This document shows, one piece after another, positions 10,326-20,146 of a stretch of 64,000 nucleotides of DNA. Within the stretch, counting starts at the first letter, position 1. Each line of letters begins with the position of its first letter. The translations under genes and the position numbers were made by a program. The notes under the pieces were generated by a model. The model did not search any database, was not told the DNA's origin, and worked only from the letters and a program-made list of their open reading frames with translations. The DNA comes from a virus (lineage: Duplodnaviria > Caudoviricetes): IMG/VR virus record IMGVR_UViG_3300011008_000999, one strand, 5' to 3'.

Positions 10326-11471
10326 TCAGTCCTTTCTTACTTTTATTTCTAGAATACCTAAAAAGAAACTACTAAACATAAGTTGTATTCCACATACAAA
10401 TAAGATCAACATTGGAATAGTGAGTCTTAACATTCTAGATGATTCTAAATCGCCAAAACCAGTATTATACCAAATGATTATAGCAATTATAGAACCAATT
10501 AATCCTATTAAAAACGAAATTGCGCCAATAAAAATTCCTCGATTCATAGTAAACTTAATCAAACGTTTATCAATTTTGGTTATTGGTATAAGTTTTGTTT
10601 TAGTTGCATATTTTATAGTCAATACATAAAATAATACTAGCTGAAAACCAATTATTGTTGCTATAGCTGAATAAACCAATGTATTGACATCAAAAGTAAT
10701 ATCATTTATAATAATAGGATCAATTATTATTTTTGCACTTAAAAATATTCCTACAAGAAATAGTAATATTCCTGGATATAAAAACAACCAGTTAGGTGCA
10801 TGCATAAGTAAGAATGTAAGATGTCTCCAACCATCAGACCAACTTCTTAAATGAGGTGGACGATCTCTACCGTCTTTTTTAAGAGTAGTAGGTACTTCAC
10901 ATATCTTAAGTTCGTGTAAAGTAGCTTGAACTACCATTTCACTGGCATATTCCATACCAGTTGTATGTAAGTTTAGTTTTTGAATACTTTCTTTATTATA
11001 TCCACGAAGACCACAATGAAAGTCTCTTATTGGACTTTTATATAAGATTCTGCCAATAGTTGAAAGTACTGGATTTCCTAAATACTTATGAAGAGGTGGC
11101 ATAGCACCTTTTTCTATACCACCTTTAAATCGATTACCCATAACCAATTCATAACCTTCACGAAGTTTTTCTACAAAAAGCATTAAGTTTGAAAAATCAT
11201 AAGAGTCATCTGAATCTCCCATAATTACATATTTGCCTAATGCAGCATTACATCCACCTATTAAAGCTGAACCATAACCTTTTTCCTCAATATCTACTAC
11301 TCTTGCTCCTGCATTTCTGGCAATGTCTTGAGAACCATCTGTACTACCATTGTCTGCAATAAGTACTTCACCGTCAATATTATTGTCGGCTAAAAATTTC
11401 TGTGCCTTATCAATACAGCTCTTAAGAGTTCTTGATTCATTCAAGCAAGGCATTAGAATAGTTAGTTCCAT
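10326..11471 (-). CDS. Glycosyltransferase family 2 (polyprenol-phosphate sugar synthase-like)
   Basis: MPCLNE, ADNGSTDGS, GYGSAL, MGDSDDSYD, DFHCGLRG; C-terminal TM helices. Confidence 0.93.
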   Translation of the reverse strand: MELTILMPCLNESRTLKSCIDKAQKFLADNNIDGEVLIADNGSTDGSQDIARNAGARVVDIEEKGYGSALIGGCNAALGKYVIMGDSDDSYDFSNLMLFVEKLREGYELVMGNRFKGGIEKGAMPPLHKYLGNPVLSTIGRILYKSPIRDFHCGLRGYNKESIQKLNLHTTGMEYASEMVVQATLHELKICEVPTTLKKDGRDRPPHLRSWSDGWRHLTFLLMHAPNWLFLYPGILLFLVGIFLSAKIIIDPIIINDITFDVNTLVYSAIATIIGFQLVLFYVLTIKYATKTKLIPITKIDKRLIKFTMNRGIFIGAISFLIGLIGSIIAIIIWYNTGFGDLESSRMLRLTIPMLILFVCGIQLMFSSFFLGILEIKVRKD

Positions 11472-12088
11472 TTGCTAGTTTCCTTTCTTTTTAGCAAAGC
11501 TATAAAATGAAGATTTGAATCAAAGAATAAATGACATAAGAATGTATAAAGATCTAATTTATCTGCATAGTAAACTATTTCAAGATTATTGTCTTCAAAC
11601 ATTTTATTCCACTGTTCTTCAGTCAGATAGTTATAAGGCAAGTTAACTGAGTATTGTTTATTGCCTACATAATCCATCATTTTTAACTTTAATAATGACC
11701 ACCATCCATGAAGAATGTGATCTTTTATTAGGATGTATTCATCAGATACTCTAACTACTTCTGAAAACACTCTTTCAGGATCATCAGTGTGATGAAGTAC
11801 ATCGATCATCATAGTTGTTTGTTTTTCATTTGAATGGTATGGAATAGTACGACCATCATATTCTGTTACTGGAATAAACGTCTTATCTCTAACTAAAACA
11901 TCTATTCCTGTAATTTGAACATCATTTTTCTCCATCAAAATATTGTCGATCTTACCATCACCAGCTCCAACATCTAAAATTTCAGATATATGGAACATAT
12001 TTATGATAGTAGAGATCCACATACTAAGCTGAGACATTCGACGATCATAAATAAACCAATCATGAAAAGTGCTTAATAATGTTTTCAA
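11462..12088 (-). CDS. Class I SAM-dependent methyltransferase
   Basis: ILDVGAGDG motif I, GIDV, DVLHH. Confidence 0.88.
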   Translation of the reverse strand: MKTLLSTFHDWFIYDRRMSQLSMWISTIINMFHISEILDVGAGDGKIDNILMEKNDVQITGIDVLVRDKTFIPVTEYDGRTIPYHSNEKQTTMMIDVLHHTDDPERVFSEVVRVSDEYILIKDHILHGWWSLLKLKMMDYVGNKQYSVNLPYNYLTEEQWNKMFEDNNLEIVYYADKLDLYTFLCHLFFDSNLHFIALLKRKETSKWN

Positions 12089-12470
12089 TTGTCGTGCTCC
12101 ATTCTATCATATATAAATAAATCATACATGCTATTTCTAATGAGACCATTAGACATAGTTTTTCTCGTTTACTTATTATAATTTGTATAAATACTGGGAA
12201 TAGACACAGAATAGCCATAGAAGGTCTCAGGATGACCAAGGAGATACCTAAAGCTAAGATATAAATAATGTCTATTGGCTGATTTTTATATTTTAACAAG
12301 AATAACCCTAGAGTTCCAAAAAGTAGTATAGGATGTACTAATAAGCAAAAGCTACTATAGTTTAAGATTACCAACCAAAATGGCATTTCATTCTTTTTGT
12401 AGTCAAAAACCATAATAGCAATTGCAGATAGTACAAATATTATACTACAGACAAGATTCGTCATGCTCAC
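12060..12470 (-). CDS. Membrane protein, weak resemblance to prepilin peptidase A24
   Basis: Hydrophobic; FDYKKNEMP after the first TM resembles the A24 D-x-K-x-x-x-I-P pattern. Confidence 0.45.
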   Translation of the reverse strand: MSMTNLVCSIIFVLSAIAIMVFDYKKNEMPFWLVILNYSSFCLLVHPILLFGTLGLFLLKYKNQPIDIIYILALGISLVILRPSMAILCLFPVFIQIIISKREKLCLMVSLEIACMIYLYMIEWSTTIENIIKHFS

Positions 12471-13485
12471 CGATATACACCTTAAGTGGAATCTTGCTCA
12501 TCCAAATAGTATTATCATTCATAAGAGCTCTATACTTCTTAGCATCATCTGAAGTGAAATATCCTTCATCAGTGAATTCATACTCACGATTACGATTATC
12601 TCTCATAAAGCCTTTATAGAAAAGATCAATCTGTTGAGCAAGCTTCTCTTCATTTTCCTTTGAATAATCAAGCTGTAAATATTTCTTAGAAGCGGAATTT
12701 CCAGGACAAATGAGATAACCTTTATTGATTGTAGTATTAAGCTCATTTTCCATTGCCCACTTATAAAGAATCATAGATCCAAGATAACCATTAAATGTTA
12801 CTGCTTCATCAGTAGGATGACCAGTCTTATAGTCGAGAATAATTACATCATTTCCTCTATAATCAACACGGTCAGCAACATAAGATACTGCACAAGGAAC
12901 TGTATATCCAATAGATTTTGCATAAAGATTTTCTGCTCTACCTCTATGTTCAGTTACACACTTAAGAGTCTTTTCATTAAGTTCAGATCTTGGATGAAGA
13001 TAATCTTTAATGTCATAGTAACCAGTAATATATTCATCGAGCTTGGCTTTATCCATATCAGGATTTGTAGCTAACACTTGAGCTTCAAGTTCCCAAAGCT
13101 TATCACGAGTTCTCTCTTCACCAGGAAGAAGATAATAATCTTCAAGGACTTTATGGAATGCCGTACCAATTGCAGTAGCATCATTAGCACCTTCTTCAAA
13201 GAAGTTCTGCATTAAACTGAGGGCAGGATTTGTTTTATATCCTTTCATAAATGATGGTGAAAAATAGTCACCGCTATACCTATTTAACAAGGACTGCAGG
13301 TTAGACCCGTAGCCCTTGTAAATAGCAAGATTTTTAGTTTTATGTTTATTATTGTATGCCTTGATAATTTTAGCAACAGCTTCCTGTACATCAGTAAATA
13401 AAGCCTTAGCATCTATTGAGCTGTTATCAATCTTGGCAACGTAAGTGACTAAAAAGTCCTTACCATTTTCAGTAATGATTTCCAT
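12445..13485 (-). CDS. PD-(D/E)XK nuclease (RecB/AddB-like family)
   Basis: FSPS, IGTAFHKVLE, ADRVD...ILDYKTG. Confidence 0.85.
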   Translation of the reverse strand: MEIITENGKDFLVTYVAKIDNSSIDAKALFTDVQEAVAKIIKAYNNKHKTKNLAIYKGYGSNLQSLLNRYSGDYFSPSFMKGYKTNPALSLMQNFFEEGANDATAIGTAFHKVLEDYYLLPGEERTRDKLWELEAQVLATNPDMDKAKLDEYITGYYDIKDYLHPRSELNEKTLKCVTEHRGRAENLYAKSIGYTVPCAVSYVADRVDYRGNDVIILDYKTGHPTDEAVTFNGYLGSMILYKWAMENELNTTINKGYLICPGNSASKKYLQLDYSKENEEKLAQQIDLFYKGFMRDNRNREYEFTDEGYFTSDDAKKYRALMNDNTIWMSKIPLKVYIGEHDESCL

Positions 13486-13498
13486 TGCTTACATCTCC

Positions 13499-14476
13499 TT
13501 AATATCTGTCGAAAGCAATTCTAGTCTTCATACTATTTGCTTCGAATGAATCAGCCAAAAGCAACTTAGTAAATGTACTTGTGCCAGGCTTATAAATAAA
13601 CGCACCAAGTAAATCAGGCTGTCTAAGGAATGATGTCTGAAGCGCAGAAAACTGTCCATCACGCCATCTAGAAAGAAGAGCAACTTCATAAAATCTAGAT
13701 TCTACACCTACATTTCCGATTGTATCAATGATCTCCTGAATTTTATCTTTTGCAGCAATAATATCCTTAATATCAGGAATTTTCTGCTCAAGAGTAACAT
13801 TAACCTTTTCAGCAGTACCTTTATTCATAGAGTCGAGAGATGCCTGAGTTGCGTGCTCAGTAATCATTAAGGTAGAATAAATACCAATATTCTTAGGTGT
13901 GAACTCAGTATCATATGAACGTCTATAAAGACCTGCACATTTCTTACAGAAATGTCTAATACCATGATTACATGAGAGGAAAGTTCTTACATGAATCTTA
14001 CTTCTCTTAGGTAACTTCTGGATATCAGCATAATCTTCAACATACTTATTAAGTTCCATAACCCAATGATTACGAACCTTATAGTTGAAAGTATCTTCAT
14101 CAATATCTGATACCTTCATTTCAGTTCCTTCACTTCCACAATCATCGATCTCAATAGTCATATCATCACATGAACTAATGAGTTTCTTATAGAAGTAACC
14201 TGATTCTGTAATATCAGTTACATTAGCGGCAATAACTGACTGCATGAATTTCTTTGATTCCTGCTCAGAATAGTTATTATTACGTCTTGCAGCTGATTTC
14301 TTTATATCATCTGTATTCTTTGTAAAAGAAGTAATTTTTTCGATCTTTGCCATAGCTTTGTCATCATTATCAACAAATGCTGAAGCAAAATCACCAACAG
14401 TAGGTACTACGCAGTGTTCAAACATTGCTTCACCTAACTTATGGTATTTCTTAACATACTCTTGTCTTGTTATCAT
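13499..14476 (-). CDS. rpoC: RNA polymerase beta-prime subunit, C-terminal part
   Basis: Bridge helix ITESGYFYKKL...DDCG, Zn site VRTFLSC...CKKCAG, trigger-loop-like NIGIYSTLMITEHATQ. Confidence 0.85.
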   Translation of the reverse strand: MITRQEYVKKYHKLGEAMFEHCVVPTVGDFASAFVDNDDKAMAKIEKITSFTKNTDDIKKSAARRNNNYSEQESKKFMQSVIAANVTDITESGYFYKKLISSCDDMTIEIDDCGSEGTEMKVSDIDEDTFNYKVRNHWVMELNKYVEDYADIQKLPKRSKIHVRTFLSCNHGIRHFCKKCAGLYRRSYDTEFTPKNIGIYSTLMITEHATQASLDSMNKGTAEKVNVTLEQKIPDIKDIIAAKDKIQEIIDTIGNVGVESRFYEVALLSRWRDGQFSALQTSFLRQPDLLGAFIYKPGTSTFTKLLLADSFEANSMKTRIAFDRY

Positions 14477-14925
14477 TATTTCTTCTCCTTAAGAACGATT
14501 TCTGATCCATCATCATAGATTAATGTTAAAGTATCATCTACAATTAGGATATTAACATGAGTTTCAGTTTGCTCTCCAGTGAGTTCATCTTCTGATACGA
14601 AGTTTGCACTGAAGTTGTTGTCTATATCATCGTCTTTTATCTCTTCATACGTACCATCCTGAATAATTCGATCTTCACCAGCATCTATAGCAATATCAAC
14701 TTTATTATTGCTATAGATTTCAACTGCGACAGTAAACTGTCCGTAGTCTTTGGTGTAGATTTTGCTAGTTGGTTTAGTAAGAAGAATAATGGTAAGAACA
14801 ATAAGACCTACAATCATAACTACAAAGAAAATCACAGAAGGAGTATCAATCTTACTGTTCTTTTTCTTTTTAGGCTTTGGTTTAGTATCTTTCTTTTCTT
14901 CCATTGTTTTACACCTCTTCACCAA
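14476..14925 (-). CDS. Single-pass membrane protein between the two beta-prime parts
   Basis: Basic N-terminus, one TM helix, acidic beta-rich domain. Confidence 0.7.
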   Translation of the reverse strand: MVKRCKTMEEKKDTKPKPKKKKNSKIDTPSVIFFVVMIVGLIVLTIILLTKPTSKIYTKDYGQFTVAVEIYSNNKVDIAIDAGEDRIIQDGTYEEIKDDDIDNNFSANFVSEDELTGEQTETHVNILIVDDTLTLIYDDGSEIVLKEKK

Positions 14926-16144
14926 TCAACGTTGCAACATATTCGAACTCTTCAAGAATACCATTTCTGATACTTGAGTTAGAACCTTCAATATAGTTAT
15001 TACTTGCAAGAAGTTTCTTAGCTTCCTCACATGCTTCTCTTGAATAAAGAACAATTACATTAAGTGAGTCACCATCAACGTCTGCAGCAAGTCCATCGTA
15101 TACGATAGGGTTTGCCTGAATAACGAACTGTTCCTGTTCTAACTTAGAGAATACAGGCTTCATAGCGATAATTGACTTAGCACCGATGGTAGGCTGTCTA
15201 TTGAAGAGTACAAGATATTCTTCATCTTCAAGTTCCTGATTGATTCCATCGATATCAGTCTTACCATTCTCATCTGTATACTTAGCAAACAGACTAGGAT
15301 AAAGAGTAGGAATGAAATAATAACCGATCTTAAGAGTGTCTTCATCAAGACCAAAGTTATTGGTCATAACTGCACGGATCATACCTGTTTCAGGCTGACC
15401 TTTAAGCTCTGCATCAATGATGTTTCTCTTATTCTTTGCAAGGATCTGGAATAACTCGTGATAAAGCTTATCGAGTTCCTTACATACAATAAATCTAAGA
15501 TTGATCTCGTTGAAGATAGTAAGCTTACTATTCTTCTGAAGGCTCTCATATCTATTGTTCTGACGAAGCATATTGATGTAGATAGTATTCAGATTACCAA
15601 TGAAGTATTTATCACCCTGGAAAGTAATCTGTCTAAATGAAGTATGAGGAATACTTACAAGTCTATACACGTTTTCATTGTACCAAGACTCAGAAACGCC
15701 AATACTCATAAGTGCTTCCTTACCGATAAGAATCTTTTTCTCATCGTACTTAGAGAGATCTGCCTTAAGGTCGAATTCTACATATTCACCTTCATAAAGG
15801 AAACCTCTACTATTGAGAAGATTATCTACCATGACCTTATCATAAGATTCATAGTTGATAACTCTCTTAGGAAGATCAAAGTTGAACTTAATGTAAAAGT
15901 TAGGAATATTACGTTTGTTCAGTACTCTGCAGTTACATTCAGGACAAATTCCAGGTTTTGTCTGCTTACCACAGTAGCATTTACCAAACTTACCAAAAAT
16001 CTTTTCAGAGAAAATTCCATCTTCATGAAAGAGGTAACGATCACCATCCTTGATCTTTCTTGCCTGAAACAACTTATCAGACGTTACCTGATTCATAGGA
16101 TTCTCTACAATATGTACTGGTTTAATCGTCGCTCTCAGAGGCAT
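14909..16144 (-). CDS. rpoC: RNA polymerase beta-prime subunit, N-terminal/catalytic part
   Basis: DGIFSEKIFG..CYCG...CPEC Zn ribbon; LFNRQPT; catalytic AADVDGD (cf. NADFDGD). Confidence 0.9.
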   Translation of the reverse strand: MPLRATIKPVHIVENPMNQVTSDKLFQARKIKDGDRYLFHEDGIFSEKIFGKFGKCYCGKQTKPGICPECNCRVLNKRNIPNFYIKFNFDLPKRVINYESYDKVMVDNLLNSRGFLYEGEYVEFDLKADLSKYDEKKILIGKEALMSIGVSESWYNENVYRLVSIPHTSFRQITFQGDKYFIGNLNTIYINMLRQNNRYESLQKNSKLTIFNEINLRFIVCKELDKLYHELFQILAKNKRNIIDAELKGQPETGMIRAVMTNNFGLDEDTLKIGYYFIPTLYPSLFAKYTDENGKTDIDGINQELEDEEYLVLFNRQPTIGAKSIIAMKPVFSKLEQEQFVIQANPIVYDGLAADVDGDSLNVIVLYSREACEEAKKLLASNNYIEGSNSSIRNGILEEFEYVATLIGEEV

Positions 16145-18374
16145 TGTTATCTTTCTCCTTTTTGATTATACTATTGAAGTTATCTTCATCAAACTGATCA
16201 TATACAGCTTCATCAGTTGTATCAATATCTTCGATCTCATCTTCAAGTGTAAGCACATATCCGATGGACTTAAGAATCTCAATAAACTGCATTGATAACT
16301 TCGGATTCTTAGGAAGAGTACGTTTCTCTTCAATATCAGTTACAAGCTTATGTGAACCAACATACTTAGTAATAGAACGAATACCAAGTTCCTTAAGAAT
16401 GTTAGGACAATCATTAGCTACAAGGTTAAGTTTCTCCATCTCACCAAAACGAAGAGTTCTAGTATAACCGTGATCAGCAGAAGAACAACTAACCTTTGTT
16501 GAAGCATGGTGATAAAGTCTCATGATATGGTTGATACCTACAGGAATGATGTTCTTAATTCCCTTGTACTCAATAATAGAGTTTTTAGAATAAGTAGCCA
16601 TCTGTTTCTTATACTTCTCAATCATAATTGAGATATAATCTTCACCATCAAACTTAATTCCTGATGCTCTGGCCCATGCTTCAAAGATCTGACCTAATGA
16701 ACCACGTCTCATAGTTGAGAAACCTGAGATAACAACTTCAAGAGGACCTGCTTCCATATTACCAACTTTCTTGGTAAGTCTAGGCATCTGATCATCAGGA
16801 AGAATAAGACCTACAGTACCTTTAGCACCATGAAGATTAGTGATTTTATCTCCAAGTCTGAAAGGAATTTCCCAAGTAATAAATACACGAACATTGTTTA
16901 CATCAACATCATCAATCTTAGAGATCTTAACGTTTTCATAACCAAGTAAAATCGCATAGTTCTTAGTAGGGAAAATCAACTGAAGCGTATCTATATCAAT
17001 TTCATTAGTGGAATTGTAGATCTTTTCAAGAGCAGTAAATACCTTGGACTTCTTGTTAAGATATAAGATTGTGCTGTCGTATGTTCTAAGTCTCTTTGCA
17101 AAAGATTCAGAAATAACGATTGAGTCAGCAGATGTATATCCTTCAAGATCAGTAAATCCAACTCTTGCTTCAATACGATGTGTAATATCATCGATCTCAT
17201 CTGCAAGAGGCACTGCCTGAGAAGTCATCTTCGCATTCATCATGATTCTCTTAGGTTTGTCGTTGTTACAGAAAGGTGACTCAGACAAACACGAAAGACG
17301 TTTAGTCTGAGGCATATCTACATATTCATACATATTATGCAGATTACCCTTATCATCAACAATCCAAAGAAGACCGTCTTTAACTACTACATTATCGAGC
17401 AACAGTCTCTGACGACCTGCAGCTTTAGATGTAACAGTCTTAAATGAATCGAAGAATCCATTTGTATCTTTGTATGTGAATGCAGGCTGGAAAGATCCGC
17501 CGCTATTATAGATATTTGCACAAGTTCTGAAGTTCTCAAGAGCGAAAATCTTACTTTCAGAACGAACGAGGCAACCTTCAAGGTGTTCACCAAGATCATT
17601 GTATCTCTTACTCTTACTTACAATGATTGTGTTTACTCCTAAGAGAATTCCTTTAGTAGGCTGTGCATATTTTCCAGATTTAAGAACTGCTTCCTCGAAG
17701 TATTCAAGTCTAGAAAACTTGTAGTTGAAAATACTATCTGAATCGAACATAGGAAGCTTTCTAAGAGCTTTAGTAAAGTTCTCAGTAGTTAACTTCTCAC
17801 CGATAGTAGTTTCAAGAAGCATCTTCGATCTCTTAGAAAGATGATTATTGAAGATCTCTTCAATGGTAGGCTCGAACTTGTACTCTTCTTTAGTAACTAC
17901 ACATTCGAATTTATCCTTACCAATATCGTATTTCCAACCTTCACCTCTAACAGTTTCGAAGTCAAGCTTACCTACACAACTGTAATAATCCTTTACTGCT
18001 GTAACACGAGTTACATAATGTGATCTATTAATGATCCAACAAAGGTCAATGGAAGGTGTAGGCATAGCACCAATAAGGTACTGCTTTCCATTGTAATCTC
18101 CTAATATGTCGATACACATATTATGGAAATTAAGTCTCAGCTTATAACTATTAGGTGTCTGTTTGTCGGCTTCTGCATTAAGAAGTCCTGTATTAAGATT
18201 TTTTGCCAGCTTACACGGCTCTGCGGTGTTCCAGTACTTTGCACAATCGGCATCAATCTGCGCCTGAATTGTAGCAAAGTCATCTTCTTCATTGATTGGA
18301 CTCACACCGAGAAACTTTTGATTTGCCTGTGTCCAATATACAAGCTCGTTTTGGTATAATTCCTGGATAATCAT
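16122..18374 (-). CDS. rpoB: RNA polymerase beta subunit (shortened)
   Basis: NDKPKRIMMNAKMTSQAVPL, GYTSADSIVISE, GDKITNLHGAKGTV..ILPDDQMP, RFGEME. Confidence 0.9.
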   Translation of the reverse strand: MIIQELYQNELVYWTQANQKFLGVSPINEEDDFATIQAQIDADCAKYWNTAEPCKLAKNLNTGLLNAEADKQTPNSYKLRLNFHNMCIDILGDYNGKQYLIGAMPTPSIDLCWIINRSHYVTRVTAVKDYYSCVGKLDFETVRGEGWKYDIGKDKFECVVTKEEYKFEPTIEEIFNNHLSKRSKMLLETTIGEKLTTENFTKALRKLPMFDSDSIFNYKFSRLEYFEEAVLKSGKYAQPTKGILLGVNTIIVSKSKRYNDLGEHLEGCLVRSESKIFALENFRTCANIYNSGGSFQPAFTYKDTNGFFDSFKTVTSKAAGRQRLLLDNVVVKDGLLWIVDDKGNLHNMYEYVDMPQTKRLSCLSESPFCNNDKPKRIMMNAKMTSQAVPLADEIDDITHRIEARVGFTDLEGYTSADSIVISESFAKRLRTYDSTILYLNKKSKVFTALEKIYNSTNEIDIDTLQLIFPTKNYAILLGYENVKISKIDDVDVNNVRVFITWEIPFRLGDKITNLHGAKGTVGLILPDDQMPRLTKKVGNMEAGPLEVVISGFSTMRRGSLGQIFEAWARASGIKFDGEDYISIMIEKYKKQMATYSKNSIIEYKGIKNIIPVGINHIMRLYHHASTKVSCSSADHGYTRTLRFGEMEKLNLVANDCPNILKELGIRSITKYVGSHKLVTDIEEKRTLPKNPKLSMQFIEILKSIGYVLTLEDEIEDIDTTDEAVYDQFDEDNFNSIIKKEKDNNASESDD

Positions 18375-18435
18375 TAGCTAAATCCTTTCATAATATTTTA
18401 TATAGAAAGTGGATAATGGTGTCTCTTAATATTTT

Positions 18436-18447
18436 TTATATCTTACA
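18436..18447 (-). promoter_or_regulatory. Class III motif TGTAAGATATAA upstream of the RNAP beta gene
   Basis: Exact 12-mer also at 43131-43142 (before recA) and 43976-43987. Confidence 0.55.
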
Positions 18448-18461
18448 ATTTAACTTAATAA

Positions 18462-19010
18462 TTACTGCTGATTTTCTGCAGCAGCCTGGCGCTCCGCCTC
18501 ACACTGACGAACAATCGCGTTAACCATGTGAGGAAGATAACCATTTACTGCGTCATGAGTAAAGATCATAAGTGAGCGGAACTTATCGATAGTCATACCA
18601 ACACCGATCTTAAGATCTGGCGAACCATCAGGAGCAATTGCTCCAGTTTCAGTAATCTTACCTTTTCCGCGAGACATATTGATGAAGATCTTGTCCCCAG
18701 ATCTGCCCAAAGAGAAGATGCGTGATTCCGGTGCACCATTATAATTCTTAGAACTCTTTGAACCACCCATAGAGATAGTCTTCTGACCAGCTTCCAACTC
18801 TTTAATAAGACGTCCACTAGCTGCATCTGTTGCGAGCAATGCTACCTCTTCAAAATCGAGATAACAATCAATGGACGTCTTATCTGTGTAGTTTGCATTC
18901 TGAAAACGCACCTTTTCGATTCCGAATGCATCATAATATACATTTGTAACTACCTTATTGGTACTAGCCTTGGTGATTTTAGATTTTTCAAATTTATCAT
19001 TACGATTCAT
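18462..19010 (-). CDS. Hypothetical protein
   Basis: Own promoter and RBS; flanked by 13-bp inverted repeats. Confidence 0.75.
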   Translation of the reverse strand: MNRNDKFEKSKITKASTNKVVTNVYYDAFGIEKVRFQNANYTDKTSIDCYLDFEEVALLATDAASGRLIKELEAGQKTISMGGSKSSKNYNGAPESRIFSLGRSGDKIFINMSRGKGKITETGAIAPDGSPDLKIGVGMTIDKFRSLMIFTHDAVNGYLPHMVNAIVRQCEAERQAAAENQQ

Positions 19011-19144
19011 ATTTTCTCCTTAATCACCATTATCCACCACTATATTACTATTATATACTGTTTATCTAAATTTGTAAATAGTTTCTTGTTCAAAAAGAAT
19101 AAAAATTTGCCAGAGTTAATTACTTAACCCTAGCAAACTTTATA

Positions 19145-20125
19145 TTAATCTACAACTGTGAAATTAGAATCAGGATGATTCTCTAAGTACTCAGCAAAAG
19201 CTGATTTTGTACTAATATGAAGTGTAACTGTATTACAATCTTTAAATAAAGTACTATATGCATCAACTTCTTCTCCAGAATTATCACTAGTTTCAACTAC
19301 TGTTGCATCAAAATCCTTGTTAGCATAGAAATCTGTAAGTGCTGTACACTCTCTACACATTTCCTGATTTACAGATTCTACATTATTTATATCTAGATTA
19401 GTAAGATTAGCACATCTAAAGAATACAATTGAACCAAGTGTTTTGCAAGTATCTGGAAGCTTAACTTCAGTTACACCTGCTGCAAAGAACGCTGCGTCTC
19501 CAATACTTTCTACCTTAGTCCAAGTAAGATTATTGAGTCTTACACAACCTTGGAAAGCATAACTCTTAATCTCAGTTACATTATTGAAATCAACTGAAGT
19601 GATTGAAGAACATCCAGAGAATGCACCATTACCAATAGAAGTAATACCATCAGGAATAGTAATAACTCCCTTTTCACTACCAAAAGTAGTAAGTCGTGTA
19701 CATCCATTGAACATATTATCAGGGATCTCAGTAAATGTGGTAGGGAAGTTCAAAATTTCCTCAACTCTAGAATTTGCAAAAGATACATTCTCGAGAACTA
19801 CATCTGTATTCATAAAGTATACTGTATGAAGTAAAGATTCTGCAGGAACATATACATTTGAAATCTTAGTTACGTTCTCAGGAAAGATAAGATCCATTGC
19901 TGCTCTACCATTTTCAGATAAACCGATGATCTCAGTCTTATTTTCATTTCGATAAATGAAATCACCATCAGTTACTGGACTATCCTGCTCTTCAGCCTGT
20001 GCAATTACTTTCTCAGTTGGAGTAGGAGTAATATCTGTAGACTGCTCTACTTTTTCCTTTCCACATGCGGCTAACATAGTTGTCATTGCAACAAGACAAA
20101 TTGTTACTAGTGTTCTTTTCTTCAT
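19145..20125 (-). CDS. BspA-like leucine-rich repeat lipoprotein
   Basis: Lipobox LAAC; repeats IPDGITSIGNGAFSGCSSITSV, VTEIKSYAFQGC. Confidence 0.9.
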   Translation of the reverse strand: MKKRTLVTICLVAMTTMLAACGKEKVEQSTDITPTPTEKVIAQAEEQDSPVTDGDFIYRNENKTEIIGLSENGRAAMDLIFPENVTKISNVYVPAESLLHTVYFMNTDVVLENVSFANSRVEEILNFPTTFTEIPDNMFNGCTRLTTFGSEKGVITIPDGITSIGNGAFSGCSSITSVDFNNVTEIKSYAFQGCVRLNNLTWTKVESIGDAAFFAAGVTEVKLPDTCKTLGSIVFFRCANLTNLDINNVESVNQEMCRECTALTDFYANKDFDATVVETSDNSGEEVDAYSTLFKDCNTVTLHISTKSAFAEYLENHPDSNFTVVD

Positions 20126-20146
20126 TTTATAATTTCCTTTCTTTAT

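Noticed and set aside
12445-13485. Cas4 / CRISPR system
   Set aside because: PD-(D/E)XK motifs are present but the four-Cys Fe-S pattern is not; no repeat-spacer array or other cas genes were seen in the window.
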